DNA from: Francisella tularensis subsp. holarctica
Lineage (GTDB): Bacteria; Pseudomonadota; Gammaproteobacteria; Francisellales; CACEW01
Assembly: GCA_945879065.1 (NCBI GenBank)
Contig: CAMCUU010000004.1
Location: forward strand, 73 to 64,072
DNA: 64,000 nucleotides
Direction of reading: 5' to 3'
A program made the position numbers and the translations under genes. Numbering within the stretch: the stretch's first letter is position 1; the number at the start of each line of letters is the position of its first letter. Below, piece after piece: positions 51,139 through 60,998 of this stretch. The notes beneath the pieces are model-generated. The model did no database searches and had not been told where the DNA came from. It saw nothing but the letters and a program-made list of their open reading frames with translations.

Positions 51139-51546
51139 ATGACTGTTGAAAAATATAAACCCAGTGAGGTTTTGCCTAGTTTAATTTTGACAGAAAGTGC
51201 GCTCGCGCATTTTAAAAAAAGTATTGAAGAGAAAGAGAAATCTGGGTCTGTATGTATTGGGATTAAATTTGATGTGAGTAAAACAGGCTGTTCTGGCTAT
51301 AGCTATCAGAGCGAATTAGTTGGTGAGGGAGATATTTCTCCCAGTGATTTAAAAATAGAAAATATTAAAAATTTAAATATCTGGATGAGTGAAAAAGCGA
51401 AGCCTTTAATTAATGGGGTGATAGTGGATTATCAGAAATTAAGTTTGGGCCAGAGCAAATTAATTTATACCAATCCTAATGAGACCGCGCGATGTGGTTG
51501 TGGGGTGAGTTTTAGTGTGAGTCCTGCTATGAGCGAGAAGAAATAA
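51139..51546 (+). CDS. sufA: A-type Fe-S carrier (SufA/IscA, HesB family)
   Basis: 'GCSGYSY' and C-terminal 'CGCGVSF'. Confidence 0.78.
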   Translation: MTVEKYKPSEVLPSLILTESALAHFKKSIEEKEKSGSVCIGIKFDVSKTGCSGYSYQSELVGEGDISPSDLKIENIKNLNIWMSEKAKPLINGVIVDYQKLSLGQSKLIYTNPNETARCGCGVSFSVSPAMSEKK

Positions 51547-51550
51547 GATC

Positions 51551-52093
51551 ATGAAGCATTCTGATATTACAGTGATTAGACGTGGGGTGATGGGGGTGTT
51601 AATTCCCTATGGGTCTGAGATTGAATTATTGCCCGGGACGGAAGTCTTGGTTACTCAGGCTTTGGGTGGAAGTTTTACGATTAATGTGAATGGAAATTTA
51701 GTAAGAATCGAGGGTAAAGATGCCGATGCGATTGGCAGAGAAATTATTAAACCCCCTGAGTTTAAAGCCACTGGAGAAGATGTTAGCGAAGAAAGTATCT
51801 GGGAACAGCTCAGAACTTGCTATGACCCGGAGATCCCCGTGAATATTGCGGATTTGGGTTTGATCTATGAAATTGTTAAAACTAAGCAAAAAGACGGGTC
51901 ATATCATATTGGGATTCAAATGACTTTAACGGCGCCGGGTTGTGGCATGGGGCCAGTGATTTCTGCAGAAGTAGAAAAGAAAGTATCAAGTATTCCCAAT
52001 GTGAGTAAGGCGGATGTGATTTTAGTTTTTGATCCTGCGTGGAACTCGGAAATGATGACGCCAGAAGCGAAATTAGAGTTAGGATTGTTATAG
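51551..52093 (+). CDS. sufT: SufT-like DUF59 Fe-S assembly protein
   Basis: 'CYDPEIPVNIADLGLIYEI' and 'LTAPGCGMG'. 180 aa with an N-terminal extension typical of SufT. Confidence 0.7.
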   Translation: MKHSDITVIRRGVMGVLIPYGSEIELLPGTEVLVTQALGGSFTINVNGNLVRIEGKDADAIGREIIKPPEFKATGEDVSEESIWEQLRTCYDPEIPVNIADLGLIYEIVKTKQKDGSYHIGIQMTLTAPGCGMGPVISAEVEKKVSSIPNVSKADVILVFDPAWNSEMMTPEAKLELGLL

Positions 52094-52319
52094 ATTTTTT
52101 ATTTGCCGACTTATCTATTTTTATCGTTGATCTGATCTGAAATTTATATATGATGATCCCCTTCAAAGTTGTCGCTAATGCCGAGTGCAGCGGGTCAGAA
52201 GGGTCGACACACCCTCCCTGATTTGTGTAACAAAAAGCTTAGGTTCGTGAACTTGAGCTAACTGTTTTTTTCGACATCTTTGTTGTTTTATAAAAATATA
52301 GTCAGCAAGGAGGGAACTT

Positions 52320-52679
52320 ATGACTGCTATGACCGTGGAACAGCGAATCGTTAGTAAATATAACCGCTCGGTTTCTGAGTTATTACAAGACTATGCCAGT
52401 GAGGGTAAAACTTCGAAGCAAGTCGCGGATATTTTAGAATGTGGCGTGAGTAATGTTCGACGCATTGCGCGCAAATACCAGATTCGGTTTAATCAACCAA
52501 CCCAGCAATCGCAATTATTGCAAAATCATTTATTTCTAGAAAAAAATATTAATAAAATTAATGTGCTTTCACGCCCCTGGGGTGTGGTCCGTGCGCGAAC
52601 TATTCGGCCGGATTACAAAGCGGATTATAAAGCTGAATATAAATCTGAACGTCAGAAAGAATATGAGTTTGCTGAGTGA
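52320..52679 (+). CDS. Hypothetical small HTH protein
   Basis: GGAGGG RBS. HTH-like 'TSKQVADILECGVSNVRRIARKYQI'. 'DYKADYKAEYK' repeat. Confidence 0.5.
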   Translation: MTAMTVEQRIVSKYNRSVSELLQDYASEGKTSKQVADILECGVSNVRRIARKYQIRFNQPTQQSQLLQNHLFLEKNINKINVLSRPWGVVRARTIRPDYKADYKAEYKSERQKEYEFAE

Positions 52680-52806
52680 TTTAGATTAGTGATTTAGATT
52701 TAAGTTAAATAATTAAAAATAATTAAAGTGCGTGAGTTAATAGCAGATGTCTGTGTTAAACTCGCGCACTTTTTTTTATCCAGATTTATTAGGAAGAGCA
52801 ACACTC

Positions 52807-54618
52807 ATGACATTGAAGCTAAGAAATATCGCCATTATTGCCCACGTTGACCATGGAAAAACAACCCTGGTGGACAAGCTATTAAGACAGTCGGGAACGA
52901 TTGGTGATCGAGGACCTAAAACAGAAAGATTAATGGATTCCAATGATCTAGAGAAAGAACGTGGGATTACTATTCTGGCGAAAAATACGGCGATTGATTG
53001 GCATGGGTACCATATTAATATTGTGGACACCCCAGGCCATGCGGACTTTGGTGGCGAAGTCGAGCGGATTCTTTCTATGGTTGATTCGGTTTTATTACTG
53101 GTTGATGCAGTCGATGGCCCGATGCCACAAACTCGTTTTGTCACACAGAAAGCGTTTGAGCAGGGTTTAAATCCAATAGTCGTTATTAATAAAGTAGATA
53201 GAGATGGTGCAAGACCCCATTGGGTTGTGGATCAAGTATTTGATTTATTTGATCGCTTAGGGGCGACTGATGAGCAGTTAGATTTTCCTATTATTTATGC
53301 GTCGGCTTTGAGTGGCTACGCCATGAATGAATTAGAAGAGCCCAGAATTAATATGGATCCTTTGTTTCAGGCCATCGTTGATAAAGTCAAACCGCCAGAA
53401 GTCGATCTGGAAGGGCCCTTCCAGATGCAAATTTCGTCTTTAGATTATTCTAGTTTTGTCGGTGCCATTGGAATTGGTCGGATTACCCGAGGGCGTGTTA
53501 AAACTAATATGCAAATCTGCATTGTCGACAGTGAAGGGAATAAGCGAAACGGTAAAGTCTTGCAAGTTTTGGGCCATTTAGGCTTAGAGCGCGTTGAAGT
53601 TCCGATGGCAGAAGCAGGGAATATTATCTGCGTGACAGGGATCGAAGGTTTATATATTTCAGACACTTTATGTGATCCTAATTTCCCAGAAGCTATGCCG
53701 CCTTTAGTGGTCGATGAGCCGACCGTGACCATGACTTTCCAGGTCAATGATTCGCCTTTTGCTGGTCGTGAAGGAAAATACTTAACCTCACGTCAGATTA
53801 AAGCGAGGCTAGAACGCGAGTTGATTCATAACGTGGCTTTACGAGTGGCTGATCATACCGATTCAGACAAATTCCAAGTTTCAGGTCGCGGGGAATTACA
53901 TCTAGGAATTTTAATTGAAACCATGCGTCGCGAAAAATTTGAATTAGCGGTTTCACGCCCTGAAGTGATTATGAAAGAAGTCGATGGGGTTAAGCATGAG
54001 CCTTTCGAGCAGGTCTATGTCGACGTGCCTGATATTTATCAGGGAGCCGTCATGGAGAAATTAGGCGCTCGCCAAGGTGAATTAAAAAATATGGTTCCAG
54101 ATGGAAAAGGTCGTGTAAGACTGGAGTACATGATGCCGTCTCGGGGTTTAATCGGTATTCATACAGAGTTTTTAACTTGTACTTGTGGTACTGGAATCAT
54201 GCATCACGTGTTTGATCATTACGGTCCTGCAAAAGCGGAAGTTAATAATGAAAGACAGCGCGGCGCGATGATTTCCAACTGCACTGGTAAGGCCCTGGGG
54301 TATTCTTTATTTAACTTACAAGAACGCGGTAATTTATTTATTGGCCACGGTGTTGAAGTTTACGAAGGCATGGTCATTGGCTTGCACTCGAGGGATAACG
54401 ACTTAGTGGTGAACCCAACCAAGGGCAAGCAATTAACCAATATTCGTGCTGCTGGGACTGACGAAAATATTGTATTAACTCCGCCGATTAAACATACCCT
54501 GGAGCAGGCTCTGGAGTTTATTAATAATGACGAATTGGTCGAAGTCACGCCTCTGAGTATTCGAATCCGTAAGAAAAATTTGTCAGAGTCGGATAGAAAG
54601 CGGGCCAATAAAGACTAG
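52807..54618 (+). CDS. typA: Translational GTPase TypA/BipA
   Basis: 'IAIIAHVDHGKTT', 'DTPGHADF', 'NKVD'. Start at ATG 52807 rather than 52747. Confidence 0.93.
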   Translation: MTLKLRNIAIIAHVDHGKTTLVDKLLRQSGTIGDRGPKTERLMDSNDLEKERGITILAKNTAIDWHGYHINIVDTPGHADFGGEVERILSMVDSVLLLVDAVDGPMPQTRFVTQKAFEQGLNPIVVINKVDRDGARPHWVVDQVFDLFDRLGATDEQLDFPIIYASALSGYAMNELEEPRINMDPLFQAIVDKVKPPEVDLEGPFQMQISSLDYSSFVGAIGIGRITRGRVKTNMQICIVDSEGNKRNGKVLQVLGHLGLERVEVPMAEAGNIICVTGIEGLYISDTLCDPNFPEAMPPLVVDEPTVTMTFQVNDSPFAGREGKYLTSRQIKARLERELIHNVALRVADHTDSDKFQVSGRGELHLGILIETMRREKFELAVSRPEVIMKEVDGVKHEPFEQVYVDVPDIYQGAVMEKLGARQGELKNMVPDGKGRVRLEYMMPSRGLIGIHTEFLTCTCGTGIMHHVFDHYGPAKAEVNNERQRGAMISNCTGKALGYSLFNLQERGNLFIGHGVEVYEGMVIGLHSRDNDLVVNPTKGKQLTNIRAAGTDENIVLTPPIKHTLEQALEFINNDELVEVTPLSIRIRKKNLSESDRKRANKD

Positions 54619-54661
54619 TAAAAACTAATAAAAATTAAAAAAGATCCCTTCTGGGAAAAAT

Positions 54662-54695
54662 AAAAAGGGGCAAACTTTAGGTTCGCCCCTTTTTT
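54662..54695. terminator. Bidirectional rho-independent terminator between typA and dps
   Basis: AAAAA-GGGGCAAAC-tttag-GTTCGCCCC-TTTTTT, a 9-bp stem with one mismatch. Confidence 0.75.
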
Positions 54696-54708
54696 ATTTC
54701 TACACAAA

Positions 54709-55224
54709 TTAAGCCAATGAACTTCTCAACATCCAGGCTGTTTTTTCATGAATGTCCATGCGATCGCTTAATAAAGAATTAGTGACTTCGTCTTGAGCTT
54801 TATCTGATATTAAAAATAATTCCCGAGCGGATTTACTTAAATATTCGTGGTCAGACATTAATTGCTCAAGCATTTGCGAAGATTCTGGAACACTGGTTTC
54901 CTCTTTAATTTTGGAAAGTTTAGAAAACTGCTGATAACTACCTGGAGCTGGAAAGCCTAAAGCACGAATCCTTTCGGCGATTAAATCAACGGCCAAAGAT
55001 AATTCTGTGTATTGGGTTTCGAATAATAAATGCAAGGTTTGAAAATAAGGGCCTGTGACATTCCAGTGAAAGTTATGGGTTTTTAAATACAGGGTGTAAG
55101 TATCTGCAAGAAATATGGCTAAGCCATCAGCAATGATTTTTCTTTGAGATTCTGAAATGCCCGTATTCATATTTTTCTTGCTTGTTTTTTGAGTATTTTT
55201 TTGAGTGTTTTTTTGAGTTGTCAT
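54709..55224 (-). CDS. dps: Dps (DNA protection during starvation) ferritin-like protein
   Basis: 'KTHNFHWNVTGPYFQTLHLLFE'. N-terminal (TQKN)x3 tail. Confidence 0.85.
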   Translation of the reverse strand: MTTQKNTQKNTQKTSKKNMNTGISESQRKIIADGLAIFLADTYTLYLKTHNFHWNVTGPYFQTLHLLFETQYTELSLAVDLIAERIRALGFPAPGSYQQFSKLSKIKEETSVPESSQMLEQLMSDHEYLSKSARELFLISDKAQDEVTNSLLSDRMDIHEKTAWMLRSSLA

Positions 55225-55452
55225 AGAAAGTCCCTTTTGGTTATTGAAAGTAAAAAAAAAATAAAAATTAAATATAACTAGATCTAAAAATAGATCTCGA
55301 ACTTAGACCATAGATTGAAAAATTTTAAAACAAAATTCTAAAACAAAACCTTGATGCCAAAGTATTTGTTATGCAAAATCGCCGGCTCTTAAAACTAGGT
55401 AATCAAATTAACAAAATTAATTAAATTTTTATAAAAAGGAACGCTACAAAAA

Positions 55453-55887
55453 ATGACGAATACTTCTTCTAATTCACACTCTGGGAATCCCTATATCGCT
55501 GTATTTGAGGGCATCACCTCACGGAGTGTCAAAGAAGTGAAAGAACGAATTATTAAAGACGCAGAAATCTTGGGCTTAAAAGACGGATTTATCTTGGGTG
55601 AAATTACGCAAGACCCTAATTTAACCCTGGAAGAAATGATTGATATTTTGGCTTTAGAGTCAGACGACAATGCAGCTCTGAAACAACTAATTATTGCCGT
55701 TAGAGTTAATTTGCAAAGAGTGAAGTTAAGTAAATACAAGCCGGAGCCCAAAGGCTTTGCTGACTCTATGGCTGCTTTGTCTGATGGTGATGAAGACGAC
55801 GATGAAGAGGCTGAAGAAAAGGCCATGATCCGGTCTTCAGATGAAGACTCTGAGTCTGATTCGGATGCAGAAGATCTGGAGCAGTAG
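55453..55887 (+). CDS. Hypothetical acidic protein (144 aa)
   Basis: ORF with TTGATG(-35)/17 nt/CAAAAT + cgccggc upstream. Asp/Glu/Ser-rich C-terminal tail. Confidence 0.5.
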   Translation: MTNTSSNSHSGNPYIAVFEGITSRSVKEVKERIIKDAEILGLKDGFILGEITQDPNLTLEEMIDILALESDDNAALKQLIIAVRVNLQRVKLSKYKPEPKGFADSMAALSDGDEDDDEEAEEKAMIRSSDEDSESDSDAEDLEQ

Positions 55888-55900
55888 TTTTTATTATTTA

Positions 55901-56257
55901 TTATTTTTTAGGATCGCCCAACAAATGATAATGCAGATGGTCAACTTCTTGGCCGCCTGCTTTCCCCGTATTAATCATAATTTTAAAGCCGTTGTTTAAA
56001 CCCTGAGATTTTGCAATGTCTTGTAATCTTAAAGTTAATAGGCCCATGAGTTTTAAATTTTGCTCTGAATTTTGCTCTGAATTTAAATGGGCCAAAGAAA
56101 TAATATGGGTCTTGGGAATAATTAAAATATGCACGGGGGCTTTGGGATGAATGTCTTTAAAAGCTAAAAGATCAGGGTCTTCATAGATAATTTGAGCTGG
56201 AATTGTTTTATTAATAATCTTGCAAAAAAGGCAGTTGGGATCTTGGTGGTGAGGCAT
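55901..56257 (-). CDS. HIT-family (histidine triad) nucleotide hydrolase
   Basis: 'CLFCKI' and 'HLHYHLLG'. Start at 'MPHHQD'; the longer ORF-track N-terminus runs into the palindromic element. Confidence 0.85.
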   Translation of the reverse strand: MPHHQDPNCLFCKIINKTIPAQIIYEDPDLLAFKDIHPKAPVHILIIPKTHIISLAHLNSEQNSEQNLKLMGLLTLRLQDIAKSQGLNNGFKIMINTGKAGGQEVDHLHYHLLGDPKK

Positions 56258-56298
56258 GCTAATAAATCTCCGGTGAATAGAACTGGTTTGAGAAAACA

Positions 56299-56357
56299 CC
56301 CCCTCTCTGTCCTTCGGTTTCACCTTCAGGCCTGTCTCTCCCTCCGGGGGAGAGACG
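56299..56357 (+). repeat. GC-rich palindromic element copy 3, intergenic
   Basis: 'CCCCCTCTCTGT...GTCTCTCCCtccggGGGAGAGACG' shares both termini with copies 1 and 2. Confidence 0.8.
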
Positions 56358-56380
56358 AAAAAAAAGGGGAAATGAAATAT

Positions 56381-58126
56381 TTAAATTTTTAAGATCCCCA
56401 GAATAATCCCTGCGGTGCTTATAAAAATTAAATAATTGGGATTGATAAAATTTAAATTTAAATTAAAAGATGTTTTAAGCATAAAGCTTATTAATAAGCC
56501 CCCTAATCCTAAGCCCAGTAAGACCCCAGAAATAAAATTATTTTTAGTGATAAAAGATTTTTTTTCTGGCGCTGGGGCTGGAGTTAGAGAGAGAGCTGGA
56601 GCTTGATTAGATTTTAATAAAGAAAACAGGAGCTCTGGAATCTGCGGCAAGCCCTGAGTGATTCGGGGCCATTCTTGTTTAAATTTTTTAAATAAATTTT
56701 TAAAACCCATTTGTTCTTTCATCCAGTTTTCTAAGAAGGGTTTAGAAATACGCCAGATGTCTAAGTCAGGATATAAATTTCTTCCGATGCCTTCGATATT
56801 CCAGAGCGTTTTCTGGAGTAGTAATAATTGGGGCTGAATAATCATGTCGAATCTTTGAGCAATTTGGATTAATCGCATGAGCGTCTGACCTAAAGAGATG
56901 TCTTTGAGTGGCTTGTCAAAAATAGGCTCACAAACAGCACGCATGGCAGATTCAAATTCATCCACGCGGGTACTCGCAGGCACCCAACCGGATTCAATAT
57001 GTAATTTGGCGACTTGTTTATAATCTTGTTTAAAAAAAGCTAGAAAATTAGCAGCAAGATAGTGCTGATCTCGTTCGTCTAGGCTGCCCACAATGCCAAA
57101 ATCGACGAGTTGAATGGTGGGGTTTTCTGGATTGTCTCGGGAGACAAAAATATTCCCCGGATGCATATCCGCATGAAAAAAACAGTCGTTAAAAGCCTGC
57201 TGATAAAATAATTGGATCATGCGCTCGGCTAAAAGAGCCTGGTTGATTCCAGCTTTTTTTAATTCGGGAATATTTGAAATAGAGATCCCATGAATACGCT
57301 CCATGACTAAAATTTCAGAGCTGGAATATTCCCAGTAAATTTCAGGGATTTTCAGCCAGTCGAATTTGAGTGTTGGTTTTAAATTTAAATCTGAATTTTT
57401 TTGAGACTTGTAAAATTTTCTGGGATGGGTCTGATTATTTCTTCGTAATTGAACTGCATTGGCGCCTTCTATGAGTAAATCTAATTCATCTAAGACTGTC
57501 CGTTCTATTTCAGCGACGATATCAACCGCACGAAGACGCCTGGAGATATGCATGGTTTTTTCGGTCAAGCGGGCTAAAAAATACATCAGTGAAATATCTT
57601 GCCGAATAATTTTTTCAATGCCGGGTCTGAGAACTTTAATAATCACTTCTTCGCCCGTTTTTAATCTCGCTGTATGGACCTGGGCAATGGAGGCGGAGGC
57701 TAAAGGGCTGGGATCAAATTCGGAAAAAAAAGAGTGAATAGGTGCTTTTAAAGACTGTTCAATAATTTTTATTGCCAGCTGTGAATCAAAAGGCTGGACA
57801 TGATCTTGAAGCTTGGCGAGCTCTTCTGAAATCTGCTCGGGTAGAAAATCCCGCCTAGTAGATAAGATTTGACCGAATTTAATAAACAAAGGCCCTAGTT
57901 TTTCCAGGGCAATTTTTAATCTTTCACCTTGGGATAATTTTCTATGAGAGAGCCAGTAAAGAGGATTTAAGCAGACGATAAATTTAAACGGCGAGAGCCA
58001 GGGCGTAGATAAAGCAATTTCGTCTAAGCCATAACGGATCCAAATGTAAAATATTTTAAATAAGCGCAGCCAGAGTTTGGGCTGGAATTTAATAGATTTT
58101 TGGTGATTTTTTTGTGTTCGGAGCAT
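56381..58126 (-). CDS. ubiB: UbiB (ABC1 kinase-like ubiquinone biosynthesis protein)
   Basis: 'ASASIAQVH', 'HADMHPGNIF', 'VDFGIVG'. C-terminal TMs. Confidence 0.88.
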   Translation of the reverse strand: MLRTQKNHQKSIKFQPKLWLRLFKIFYIWIRYGLDEIALSTPWLSPFKFIVCLNPLYWLSHRKLSQGERLKIALEKLGPLFIKFGQILSTRRDFLPEQISEELAKLQDHVQPFDSQLAIKIIEQSLKAPIHSFFSEFDPSPLASASIAQVHTARLKTGEEVIIKVLRPGIEKIIRQDISLMYFLARLTEKTMHISRRLRAVDIVAEIERTVLDELDLLIEGANAVQLRRNNQTHPRKFYKSQKNSDLNLKPTLKFDWLKIPEIYWEYSSSEILVMERIHGISISNIPELKKAGINQALLAERMIQLFYQQAFNDCFFHADMHPGNIFVSRDNPENPTIQLVDFGIVGSLDERDQHYLAANFLAFFKQDYKQVAKLHIESGWVPASTRVDEFESAMRAVCEPIFDKPLKDISLGQTLMRLIQIAQRFDMIIQPQLLLLQKTLWNIEGIGRNLYPDLDIWRISKPFLENWMKEQMGFKNLFKKFKQEWPRITQGLPQIPELLFSLLKSNQAPALSLTPAPAPEKKSFITKNNFISGVLLGLGLGGLLISFMLKTSFNLNLNFINPNYLIFISTAGIILGILKI

Positions 58127-58170
58127 GAGCTTCTCTTTTAGTTAGATAGTTAGATTTTTAATTTAAATTT

Positions 58171-59598
58171 TTAATTTTTAAGTGCCAGGAATTGCGCAAA
58201 ATCAATCATATGAGAAAAGTAATGACTGTCGCTCAAAGCCTCGCTCACACCATTCACATGAATTAATACCGGGCGGATAGAAAAACCTCGGAGCGCTTTA
58301 AGTTTCTCTACTTTTTCTTGGACTTCTTGAATGACAGAGACTGGGAGCTCTTTTTTACTAAATTTAATTTCGCAAAGAAATAAAGTATTGAATTTAGTTT
58401 CTATTAAATAATCAATTTGGCAGCCCTCTTGGCGGCTAGTTTGAGTTTGTAGATAAGGATTGGCATCAATAATTTCACTGGGTTCTATGTTTAATAAAGC
58501 ATGTAAAAGATGGCGATTATTTAAAACAAGACTTTCAAACTGCAGTCCTAATAAACTTTCCCAGTTATCCGGCAAAATGGGTGACTGAGCGGCTTCAATT
58601 CGAGAGCGATAGGGCAAAATGGCGCGAATATAAAATTTCAAATAAGGGTCACTGATTCGATAACGACTGGTTTTAGAGCGTTTTCCAGTTTTTAAATTCC
58701 AGCTGAAATCTCTCTGGATTAGGCCATCTTGGCAGAGTTCATTGAGGCGCTCACTTAAGTCTCCCCCTTTGACTCGGCCTAGTTTTTCAGCCAACTGGCT
58801 CAAGGCGGTGTGGCCTTCAGCGATGGCATAGACCAGGTCTTTATAATATTTTTCTCGCTTGGAAAATAAGTCTGAAAAGATCTCATCAAATTCATGAAAG
58901 AGTAGGCCAGAGGTGCTGAAACAAAGTTGCTTAATATTATGCTCAGCGCTTTCTTTGGGATTAATTTCTTCGAGATATCGGGGGACGCCGCCGGTAATAG
59001 ACAAGATTTTAAATTTCTCATAAGCCGAAACGTGAGAAGACTGCGCGCCCCAAAATGCCACACATTGATTTAAAGGCAGTTCTTGTAGTCGTAACCGAAG
59101 AGAAATCCTGCCGAAAAATCCGGTGCTGCTTAAAATATTCTCTTCGATCCAGGCGGAATTAGATCCTGAGAGAATTAAAATCAGCCGAGGATTTTTTTTA
59201 AAAGCAGAGTCCCAAGCCGTTTTTAATTTGGGTAAAAAAGTAGGGCTGTCCTCAGCCATCCAAGTGATTTCATCTAAGACAATTAAAATAGGGCTTGGAG
59301 TATTTGGAATATGCTTAGCTAAGACAGAAAATAAAACGCCCCAGTCATCGCTAGGTAAGCAAGGGATATTTTGTTCAAAGAGCTGTCTTAAAAATTCTTG
59401 TTTTTGATCAGCAGGTAATAAGTTTTCAACAGGAGCCAGCCCAGAAAAAAAATAAGAGGTTTTAAATAGCTTTGAAAACTCTTCGATCAGACGACTTTTA
59501 CCAATACGGCGGCGACCATTAATAGTCACCAAGCTCGCCGTCGATTTTTTAAGAAGGTTTCTGAGTTTTTCAAGTTCAGCGTTTCTACCGATAAACAT
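58171..59598 (-). CDS. AAA-type ATPase with DUF234-like (PD-(D/E)xK-like) C-terminus, intact paralog
   Basis: Walker A 'GRRRIGKS', Walker B 'IVLDEITW'. C-terminal 'IDYLIETKFNTLFLCEIKFSKKE'. Confidence 0.75.
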   Translation of the reverse strand: MFIGRNAELEKLRNLLKKSTASLVTINGRRRIGKSRLIEEFSKLFKTSYFFSGLAPVENLLPADQKQEFLRQLFEQNIPCLPSDDWGVLFSVLAKHIPNTPSPILIVLDEITWMAEDSPTFLPKLKTAWDSAFKKNPRLILILSGSNSAWIEENILSSTGFFGRISLRLRLQELPLNQCVAFWGAQSSHVSAYEKFKILSITGGVPRYLEEINPKESAEHNIKQLCFSTSGLLFHEFDEIFSDLFSKREKYYKDLVYAIAEGHTALSQLAEKLGRVKGGDLSERLNELCQDGLIQRDFSWNLKTGKRSKTSRYRISDPYLKFYIRAILPYRSRIEAAQSPILPDNWESLLGLQFESLVLNNRHLLHALLNIEPSEIIDANPYLQTQTSRQEGCQIDYLIETKFNTLFLCEIKFSKKELPVSVIQEVQEKVEKLKALRGFSIRPVLIHVNGVSEALSDSHYFSHMIDFAQFLALKN

Positions 59599-59618
59599 CT
59601 TGTTTTTCCTGAGTTAAT

Positions 59619-59706
59619 CCCAAACACCAAATCGACATTTGTTGATTTGGTGTTTGGAATAATATGAAATCCCAAACACCAAATCAACAAATGTCGATTT
59701 GGTGTT
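59619..59706. repeat. Pair of long hairpins (CCAAACACCAAATC...GATTTGGTGTTTGG), the second carrying the inverted core of the first
   Basis: Arms at 59620-59633/59644-59657 and 59674-59685/59695-59706 read directly. Lies between the prmA stop and the ATPase start. Confidence 0.85.
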
Positions 59707-59747
59707 TATTATAAATTTATAATAAACAATTAGTTAATATATATTTT

Positions 59748-60629
59748 TTATTTTCTTTTGGCATCAATTCTGACCCAGTCACCCAGTGTTCTCATATCAA
59801 AAAATTCAAAATAAGGCGCATAGGCGTCGATGATTTCTTGGGTTTGATTTTGCAAAATTCCAGAAAGCGCAATCGCCCCTTGGGGTTTAACTAATCTTGA
59901 AAACAAGGGCGCAAAGTTGACTAAGGGCGCTGCCAGAATATTGGCTAATAAAATATCAACCGGTGTTTTAGGAATATTAATAGAATCTAAAATAATTAAA
60001 TTTTCTGAATATAAATTATTTCTCTCAGCATTATCTTTCGTTGCGATGAGCGCCTGAGGATCGTTATCTATGGCAATGACTTTTTGAGCGCCGAGCTTTA
60101 AAGCCGCAAGGGCTAAGATTCCAGAACCACAGCCAAAATCCATGATGATTTTATCTTTGCAGTCAATACTGGCCAGATAATCCAAGCACATGCTCGTTGT
60201 CGGGTGGGTCCCTGTTCCAAAGGCCAAGCCAGGATCTAAAACTAAAGCCAGATGATCTGCTGGAACGGGAATATTCGAAGGATAAATCCAGAATTTTTTC
60301 CCAAAGCACATGGGCTTGAAATCAATCATCCAGGCACGTTCCCAGGCTTGGTCTGCTAATAATTCAAAATTGACAGATTCCAGATTTAACAAAGGCAAGC
60401 CTTCGGATAAGCCTGCTAGTACGACCATACAGTCGGTCTCTTCTGGAAATAAGGATTTAATCACTGCTTCAGACCATAAGGGTGTCTCACCTACTCCAGG
60501 TTCTAATATTGGCTGATCTTTCGCATCTTCAAAGCTGACTGCAAGAGCTCCTAGGCTGTTTAAAACTTCCTCGGAAATTTGGGCTTCTTGGGCATGTATT
60601 TCAAAACTAATCTGAATAAAATTTGTCAT
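59748..60629 (-). CDS. prmA: Ribosomal protein L11 methyltransferase
   Basis: 'DFGCGSGILALAALKLGA' SAM motif. 293 aa. Confidence 0.88.
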   Translation of the reverse strand: MTNFIQISFEIHAQEAQISEEVLNSLGALAVSFEDAKDQPILEPGVGETPLWSEAVIKSLFPEETDCMVVLAGLSEGLPLLNLESVNFELLADQAWERAWMIDFKPMCFGKKFWIYPSNIPVPADHLALVLDPGLAFGTGTHPTTSMCLDYLASIDCKDKIIMDFGCGSGILALAALKLGAQKVIAIDNDPQALIATKDNAERNNLYSENLIILDSINIPKTPVDILLANILAAPLVNFAPLFSRLVKPQGAIALSGILQNQTQEIIDAYAPYFEFFDMRTLGDWVRIDAKRK

Positions 60630-60998
60630 AGGTTTTCAGTCTTTTCTTTTTATTGGGTTATTGGGTTATTGGATTATTAAAAAAGGGTCGCATTGTAAGG
60701 GTGTTTGTCTGATTTGTTTAGACAATTCCCGATCATTTCTTTAAAGCAATTTCTTGAGCAAAATTTCTCATAAGTTGCCCTAGAAAATAATTGTTATTGA
60801 ACTGATATTTTTCTCTTTTAATTTGCATTTGTTTCTGAGACTCTCCCTAGGTTCTTTGTTGTTCTAAGGGGTTGAAGTTTTATTTAGGTTTTATTTAGGT
60901 TTTATTTGTTTTTATTTTTTTTTGGTCATATCAAAAATAAAAACTGAAAATTACGATGAGCTAAGTCATAAGCTAAACAATGTCATGGAGTGTTCAAA

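Noticed and set aside
55281-55302. 'CTAGATCTAAAAATAGATCTCG' (two AGATCT palindromes) upstream of dps, considered as a possible Fur/OxyR/PerR-type operator
   Set aside because: It does not resemble any operator consensus I can name, and it is a single occurrence. Noted but not supported.
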